DNA from: an uncultured Oligoflexus sp.
GTDB taxonomy: Bacteria > Bdellovibrionota_B > Oligoflexia > Oligoflexales > Oligoflexaceae
Direction: 5' to 3'
NCBI GenBank assembly: GCA_964236955.1
Contig: CAXSGP010000028.1
Span: forward strand, 1 to 22,766
Length of the DNA: 22,766 bases
The notes below the pieces were generated by a model. That model had not been told where the DNA came from. It ran no database searches and worked only from the letters and a program-made list of their open reading frames with translations. Positions within the stretch are counted from its first letter, which is position 1, and each line of letters opens with the position of its first letter. Of this stretch, positions 16,892-22,766 are shown in pieces. The translations under genes were made by a program, and so were the position numbers.

Positions 16892-18853
16892 ATGAATGAT
16901 TTGCAGACGATTAACACGCTTAAAGGCCTGGTGATCGACGCCGTTAATAAAGCAAAATCAGGCCATCCGGGCGGAGCCATGTCCAGTATGGACTACGCTT
17001 ATGTGCTCTTTACAGAGTATCTGCGCTTCGACCCAAGCAACACGAAATGGTTGGGCCGCGATCGCTTTATTTTAAGCGCCGGCCATGAGTCGATGCTGAA
17101 TTACAGTCTTCTGCATTATATCGGTTGGCTGGAGATGGACGATCTCAAAAAATTCCGTCAGATCAAATCTAAAACTCCCGGTCATCCGGAAAACTTCATG
17201 ACTCCGGGGATCGAGTGCACCACAGGTCCTCTCGGCCAGGGTGCGGCGATGTCGGTGGGCTTTGCGATCGCCTCGCGTCATCAGGAGGCCGCTCTCGATC
17301 CAAAACTTTTCGCGCATAAAACCTACGTCCTTCTTGGCGACGGCTGTATGCAGGAGGATATCACCCTCGGCGCCGCTTCGGTCGCGGGCCATCTCAAGCT
17401 CGACCAACTCGTCTGGTATTACGATCAAAATAAAGTACAAATTGCCGGAACCATCGATCGCGTGAGTTCCGATGATTATAAAAAGGTCTTTGAAGGCATG
17501 CAGTGGGAAGTTCTTGCCGTGAATGGCCATGACCTGACCGCATTGCGCAAGGCCCTCGACCATGCGCAGAGCAAACGCGACCGTCCTCTTCTCATCATCG
17601 GTGACAGCACCATGGCCAATGGCGCTTTTTCGCTTGAGGGTTCGAACGATACGCACGGTTCGCCGCTGCCTGCCGAAGAACGCATTAAAACCAAGGCCAA
17701 ACTTGGTATACCGGAAGGTCAGGATTTCTATGCCCCTGAAGATTCCTATAAAAACTTCCGTAGAAACTTCGCCAAACGTCGTCAGGAAGTTTCCGAGTGG
17801 CAAAGCGCTTTTGAAGCGAAACGGCAAGACCCGACCTTCAATGCCCGATTCAAGAGCTACTATGAAACCGGCTCCTACGATCAGCTTCCAAAGCTTGTCT
17901 GGCCAGCTGGAAAGCCGGTTGCGACCCGCAATGCCTTTGGTGACATCATTGAAAAATGGGCCGAGCATGTACCGAATTTTATCGGTGGCAGCGCTGACCT
18001 TGACTCTTCAAACATGACCGAACAGTTCCTTGCAAAGGTCGGTGATTTTCAGGCCGAAACACCGCAAAATCGCAACATTGCCTTCGGCGTCAGGGAATTC
18101 CCGATGTCGGCTATCTCCAATGGCCTGGCACTGCACGGCGGAATGATTCCCTTCGATGCGACGTTCCTGGCTTTTTCCGATTATTCAAGACCCGCGCCTC
18201 GCCTCGGTGCTCTGCAGCGTTACCACGTCATCCACGAATTCACTCACGATTCCTTCTTCCTGGGGGAAGATGGACCGACCCACCAACCGGTCGAGCACGT
18301 CATGTCCCTTCGCCTCATTCCCAATCTTTATGTGATGCGCCCTGCTGATGCTCACGAAACGCAGGTCATGATGGATTTGGCTATCAACCTGAAAGAAAGC
18401 CCGACGGCCATCTGCCTGACCCGTCAGAAGCTCCCCCTTCTGAACCTCGATAGCAATACGATTGGCCTGGCGCGCTTCGGTGCTTATCCGGTTCAGGAAA
18501 TGGCTGACCCTGAGGTCGTGATCATGGCCACAGGTTCCGAAGTTTCTCTAGCCCTTGCCGCCGCTGCTCTCCTCAGCAAGCACCGGATCAAAGTCCTATC
18601 GAGGCCCTGCTGGGAACGCTTTGACGAACAGCCGAAAAGCTATCAGGATTCTGTCCTGAGTCCGAAATGCACCAAACGCATTTCAATCGAGGCCGGTTCA
18701 ACTTTGGGTTGGCAGAAGTATACAGGAACCGAAGGTTTGACGATTGGACTCGATCATTTCGGTGACAGTGGCCCGGCTGACGACCTCGCCCGGGAGTACG
18801 GCTTTACCCCCGAGCAGGTCGCTGCCAATATTAAAAAGTATCTCGAAGTATAA
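16892..18853 (+). CDS. tkt: Transketolase
   Basis: SGHPG, RDRFILSAGH, TPGHPE, TTGPLGQG, TPP motif GDGCMQE, FGVREF, THDSFFLGEDGPTHQPVE. ATG 16892 with GAGG RBS. Confidence 0.97.
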   Translation: MNDLQTINTLKGLVIDAVNKAKSGHPGGAMSSMDYAYVLFTEYLRFDPSNTKWLGRDRFILSAGHESMLNYSLLHYIGWLEMDDLKKFRQIKSKTPGHPENFMTPGIECTTGPLGQGAAMSVGFAIASRHQEAALDPKLFAHKTYVLLGDGCMQEDITLGAASVAGHLKLDQLVWYYDQNKVQIAGTIDRVSSDDYKKVFEGMQWEVLAVNGHDLTALRKALDHAQSKRDRPLLIIGDSTMANGAFSLEGSNDTHGSPLPAEERIKTKAKLGIPEGQDFYAPEDSYKNFRRNFAKRRQEVSEWQSAFEAKRQDPTFNARFKSYYETGSYDQLPKLVWPAGKPVATRNAFGDIIEKWAEHVPNFIGGSADLDSSNMTEQFLAKVGDFQAETPQNRNIAFGVREFPMSAISNGLALHGGMIPFDATFLAFSDYSRPAPRLGALQRYHVIHEFTHDSFFLGEDGPTHQPVEHVMSLRLIPNLYVMRPADAHETQVMMDLAINLKESPTAICLTRQKLPLLNLDSNTIGLARFGAYPVQEMADPEVVIMATGSEVSLALAAAALLSKHRIKVLSRPCWERFDEQPKSYQDSVLSPKCTKRISIEAGSTLGWQKYTGTEGLTIGLDHFGDSGPADDLAREYGFTPEQVAANIKKYLEV

Positions 18854-18871
18854 ACGACCACTTGAATCCTG

Positions 18872-18916
18872 AGCGAATTTGGTGAACGATTAGTTCACCG
18901 AATTCGCTTTTTTTTT
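18872..18916 (+). terminator. Rho-independent terminator of tkt
   Basis: AGCGAATTTGGTGAAC-GATTA-GTTCACCGAATTCGCT (16-bp stem, one G-U) followed by 8 T. Confidence 0.9.
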
Positions 18917-19060
18917 GAACTTTAATCTTCGTCTCGGATTTTAAGGTTCCCCGGCTGGACATTTTTGCTTTGAACCTAGCGTTCCACGCAATGACCAGAG
19001 CTTATTTGGATTCAACGAGAAGGGAAAATAAGTTTTCCTTCACTTTTGAGGAGTTCGCAT

Positions 19061-21493
19061 ATGTCACTCAAAATACACAGAGTAGCTGTACTCGGAGCCG
19101 GCGTAATGGGAGCACAAATCGCTGCCCATTTGGCAGCTGCCGGAGTTCGTACCCATCTTTTGGATCTTCCGTCCGAGGTTCCCCACAAGGATCCGAAGAT
19201 AGCCGCAGCAATCGGCAAGAATTTTCGATCGACGGCTGCTTTTCTTGCCATTGAGGGCATGAAAAAGTTGAAACCCTCGCCACTAGCATCCGAATCCATT
19301 CTCCAAAACCTCATTCCAGGTAACTTCGCCGATGACATGTCAGTCATCGCTGATTGTGACTGGATCATTGAAGTCGTGGCCGAGCGTCTCGAAATCAAAA
19401 AGAGCATTCTGAAGCAGATCTCCGCCTACGCAAAACCCCATGTTCCGGTGACGACCAACACATCGGGGCTGTCGCTTGAAAAAATGTCGGAAGACCTCGA
19501 TGCGAGCTTCAATGCCCGTTTCTTCGGAACCCATTTTTTCAATCCGCCCCGCTACATGAAGCTTTTAGAAATCATTCCCCACACGCACACCGATAAAAAA
19601 CTTATTGCCGAACTCACCCAATGGATCGAACGTTATTTGGGCAAGGGCATAGTCTATGCCAATGATACCATTAACTTTATTGCCAACCGTGTCGGTACCT
19701 TCAGCATCACCTCAGCTTTTGTTCATATGGACACTCTTGGCCTTAATGTTGAAACTGTCGATTCTTTGAGCGGCAAAACGATGGGCCGTCCCAGCTCGGC
19801 CTCATTCCGAACGATGGATGTCGTCGGCATTGATGTGTTTGCTGCCGTAGCGAAGAACGTTGGTAAATATGCACCGGATGACCCCTATGTCGCGACCTTT
19901 ACTCCTCCGAAATGGATAGAGGACCTGATCGCCCGCGGATCCCTCGGCCAAAAGTCCAAATCGGTCGGTATCTATAAAAAAGAAACCGACGCAAAAGGGG
20001 TCTCCACGATTCTCGCGTACCGTCCCAAAGAAGATAAGTACGTTGAGCAACAGCCTCAGACTTTTCCTTGGCAGGAGGAAGCGAAAAAAGTTTCCGATAC
20101 CATTGAACGCATCAAGCTCATCATCAGCCACAGCGATGCCGGCGCGAAATTCATCTGGTTGACCCTGCGCGATACCATGGCCTATTCTGCGACCCTTCTC
20201 GAAGAGATCGCCAATAATCAGCCGCTCTCGATTGATAACGCCATCAAATGGGGCTTCAATTGGGAATGGGGTCCTTTTGAACTTTGGCAGGGGCTTGGTT
20301 ATGACACGATCCGTGATCGCATGCTGCAGGAAGGGGTTTTCCTTCCGGATTGGTGTAAATCGGGGCTATCCTTCTATAAACCGACTCCAAATTCCTTGGA
20401 ATGGCATATCAAAGGACCCACATCTCAATATTTGGGCAAGATCGGCAGAGATCAGCCCATTCCCAAGAGCGAGCATTCCTTCTATCTGCCGAAATCAAAA
20501 AGCACGGTCGACAAACGAAGCACAATTCTTGGCAACGACAGCGCAAGTCTCATCGACCTTGGCGATGGCGTGGCCTGCCTGACCTTCCATTCAAAGATGA
20601 ATTCAATAAACGACGAAATTATCGACACGATTCAAAAATCCCTGGTAAAGGTAAAATCGGATTTCACCGGTCTGATCATTGCCAACAACGGCGAAGTCTT
20701 CTCAGCTGGAGCCGATCTTAAACAGATTCTCGGCGCCATCAAGGACAACAAATTCGATGACATCGATAGCCTCCTGCGCCGTTTCCAAGGCACCATGCAG
20801 GCCTTGAAATACGCTACTTTCCCATCGATTGCCTGTCCGCACGGACTGACTCTCGGCGGCGGCTGCGAAGTCAGCCTGCATACCAGCGAGCAGATCATCG
20901 CTGGTGATAGCTACGCAGGTCTCGTCGAAGTCGGTGTGGGTTTGATCCCTGGCGGCGGCGGCACCAAGGAATTGGCACTTCGGGCCTATAACCTTGCCAC
21001 TCTGGGCGACAACGTTGATGTCATGCCCTTCCTCCAGCGAGCCTTCCAACTGATCGGCATGGGTAAAACATCGACATCGGGTCTTGAAGCCATTGAGATG
21101 GGTCTCTACAATTATGCGAAGGCTACCGTGACCCTGGCCCGAGATTATCAGGTGATTCGCGCGAAAAAGCGGGTGTTGGCCCTGGCTGAGAATGGCTACC
21201 AGCCTCCCCTTCCGCAAACGAAAATTAAAGTTCCTGGTGATTCCGGTATCCAGACTTTCAACATGGCCCTGATCAACATGGTCGAAGGTCGGCAGATCTC
21301 GCCCTACGATGCCCTTGTGGGCGAAAAGGTGGCAACCGTGCTCTGCGGCGGCGAAGTCGACTCGGGTTCGATCGTTTCCGAGGACTACTTCCTTGATCTG
21401 GAGCGCCGTGTGTTCCTTGAACTCTGCCGCCAGGAAAAAACCCAAGAACGTATCGAAGGCATGCTCAAGACCGGTAAGCCTGTTAGAAACTAA
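19061..21493 (+). CDS. 3-hydroxyacyl-CoA dehydrogenase / enoyl-CoA hydratase fusion (FadN-like domain order)
   Basis: Rossmann GAGVMG, TNTSGL, HFFNPPRYMKLLE. C-terminal crotonase domain FSAGADL, GGGCE, GLVEVGVGLIPGGGG, ending TGKPVRN. ATG 19061 with GAGGAG RBS. Confidence 0.95.
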   Translation: MSLKIHRVAVLGAGVMGAQIAAHLAAAGVRTHLLDLPSEVPHKDPKIAAAIGKNFRSTAAFLAIEGMKKLKPSPLASESILQNLIPGNFADDMSVIADCDWIIEVVAERLEIKKSILKQISAYAKPHVPVTTNTSGLSLEKMSEDLDASFNARFFGTHFFNPPRYMKLLEIIPHTHTDKKLIAELTQWIERYLGKGIVYANDTINFIANRVGTFSITSAFVHMDTLGLNVETVDSLSGKTMGRPSSASFRTMDVVGIDVFAAVAKNVGKYAPDDPYVATFTPPKWIEDLIARGSLGQKSKSVGIYKKETDAKGVSTILAYRPKEDKYVEQQPQTFPWQEEAKKVSDTIERIKLIISHSDAGAKFIWLTLRDTMAYSATLLEEIANNQPLSIDNAIKWGFNWEWGPFELWQGLGYDTIRDRMLQEGVFLPDWCKSGLSFYKPTPNSLEWHIKGPTSQYLGKIGRDQPIPKSEHSFYLPKSKSTVDKRSTILGNDSASLIDLGDGVACLTFHSKMNSINDEIIDTIQKSLVKVKSDFTGLIIANNGEVFSAGADLKQILGAIKDNKFDDIDSLLRRFQGTMQALKYATFPSIACPHGLTLGGGCEVSLHTSEQIIAGDSYAGLVEVGVGLIPGGGGTKELALRAYNLATLGDNVDVMPFLQRAFQLIGMGKTSTSGLEAIEMGLYNYAKATVTLARDYQVIRAKKRVLALAENGYQPPLPQTKIKVPGDSGIQTFNMALINMVEGRQISPYDALVGEKVATVLCGGEVDSGSIVSEDYFLDLERRVFLELCRQEKTQERIEGMLKTGKPVRN

Positions 21494-21511
21494 GATTTGG
21501 AGCAAAACGCT

Positions 21512-22696
21512 ATGAAAACAGCTTATATAGTTAGCCCGTTTCGTTCTGCGGTCGGTAAAGCGGGTCGCGGGACCTTACGAACCAAAAAACCTGATGATCT
21601 CTGTGCCGATGTCATTCGCGCGGTCATGAAGGCCAATCCTGGCGTCGATCCTCATGAAATCGACGATGTCTTTATCGGTTGTGCGATGCCTGAAGCCGAG
21701 CAGGGTATGAATATTGCCCGCTTTGCCGTTCTGCTCGCCAATCTCCCCGAGTCCGTGCCGGGAGTGACGGTCAACCGTTTCTGCAGCTCGGGCCTTCAAA
21801 CCATTGCCATGGCTGCTTTTCAGGTTCAAGCAGGTGGTGCCCAGTGCATTCTCGCCGGTGGCACGGAATCGATGTCCATGGTTCCTATGATGGGACATAA
21901 GCCGGTCGGCAATCGGAGCGTGACCAAGGACGGACGCGGCGACTATTACATCGGCATGGGTATTACGGCGGAAAACGTCGCGAAAGATTATAAAATAAGT
22001 CGTGAGGATCAGGACCAGTTTTCCCTCGCCTCCCATCAGAAAGCCGCCAAGGCTATTGCCGATGGTCTTTTCAAAGATGAGATCATTCCCGTGCCCGTCA
22101 CTTTCCGTAAACCCGGCAAAGCGGGTCAGGCCGAAATCGTGGAACAAAATTTTGCGGTCGACGAAGGGCCCCGTGCCGACAGTACCCTCGACGCTCTTTC
22201 CGGTCTGCGTGCTGCGTTTAAGACGGGTGGTTCGATTACAGCTGGTAATTCTTCGCAAATGTCCGACGGCGCGGCCATGGTTATGGTCTGCTCGGAAGAA
22301 TTTGTTAAGAAGTACAACCTGAAGCCGATGGCTCGTTTTGTATCCTTTGCTGTTGCAGGTGTGCCCCCTCGCGTCATGGGTATCGGGCCGGTTGAAGCGA
22401 TTCCACGTGCTTTAAAACTCGGTGGTCTGTCGCTTAAAGACATACACCGCGTTGAGTTAAACGAAGCTTTTGCTTCGCAGGCTCTAGCCGTTACCAGAAC
22501 TCTGGGAATCAATCCCGGCATCATCAATCCAACCGGAGGAGCCATCGCCATGGGTCATCCGCTAGGAGCAACCGGTGCCAAGCTCACCTCGACTTTGCTT
22601 CACGGCATGAAACGCGATAAGCAGAAGTATGGTATCGTCTCGATGTGCATAGGAACAGGTATGGGCGCCGCAGGCATCTTTGAATCGCTGGTCTAA
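21512..22696 (+). CDS. fadA: Acetyl-CoA C-acyltransferase (3-ketoacyl-CoA thiolase)
   Basis: NRFCSSGLQ (acyl Cys), NEAFA, GHPLGATG, CIGTGMG. ATG 21512 with GGAG RBS, 18 nt after the previous stop. Confidence 0.95.
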   Translation: MKTAYIVSPFRSAVGKAGRGTLRTKKPDDLCADVIRAVMKANPGVDPHEIDDVFIGCAMPEAEQGMNIARFAVLLANLPESVPGVTVNRFCSSGLQTIAMAAFQVQAGGAQCILAGGTESMSMVPMMGHKPVGNRSVTKDGRGDYYIGMGITAENVAKDYKISREDQDQFSLASHQKAAKAIADGLFKDEIIPVPVTFRKPGKAGQAEIVEQNFAVDEGPRADSTLDALSGLRAAFKTGGSITAGNSSQMSDGAAMVMVCSEEFVKKYNLKPMARFVSFAVAGVPPRVMGIGPVEAIPRALKLGGLSLKDIHRVELNEAFASQALAVTRTLGINPGIINPTGGAIAMGHPLGATGAKLTSTLLHGMKRDKQKYGIVSMCIGTGMGAAGIFESLV

Positions 22697-22738
22697 GATT
22701 GGGTTTCAAACTAAAAGTATTGGTTCTAGGGAAGGACC

Positions 22739-22760
22739 TTTGGCCCAAAAAGGGGCCAAA
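22739..22760. terminator. Hairpin downstream of the thiolase
   Basis: TTTGGCCC-AAAAAG-GGGCCAAA 8-bp stem. The window ends before any + strand U-tract can be seen. Confidence 0.35.
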
Positions 22761-22766
22761 AGGCTC

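Noticed and set aside
17072..17968. 298-aa - strand ORF
   Set aside because: Antisense shadow of transketolase.
19021..19040. GGAAAA-TAAG-TTTTCC inverted repeat before the fatty-acid oxidation genes as a FadR-type operator
   Set aside because: Only 6-bp arms, and no match to an operator consensus I can vouch for.
20702..22258. 267-aa and 227-aa - strand ORFs
   Set aside because: Antisense shadows of the FadN-like and thiolase genes.

Overview
Bacterial chromosomal window with no mobile element, CRISPR array, rRNA or tRNA that I can recognise. Gene content suggests a Bdellovibrionota/deltaproteobacterial-type organism, possibly Oligoflexia (inference only). The left 5.5 kb is an accessory-looking + strand cluster: an Sco(SenC)-cytochrome c fusion, a 984-aa secreted multicopper oxidase with all four copper-binding motifs, and a small secreted two-EF-hand protein. 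A 31-bp palindrome precedes it and a UUCG-loop terminator closes it. It resembles the Sco-cyt c/McoA manganese-oxidation locus of Pseudomonas putida and is the best candidate for a notable system. The middle is a - strand run: class A PBP with a large insertion, hemL, a degenerate MqnA-like protein, a GspF/PilC-like membrane protein, a DUF6178-like protein and an acidic hypothetical protein. The right is + strand: an HtrA-like protein lacking the catalytic His, transketolase, and a FadN-like/thiolase beta-oxidation pair. All family calls come from motif recognition by eye; no database searches were run.
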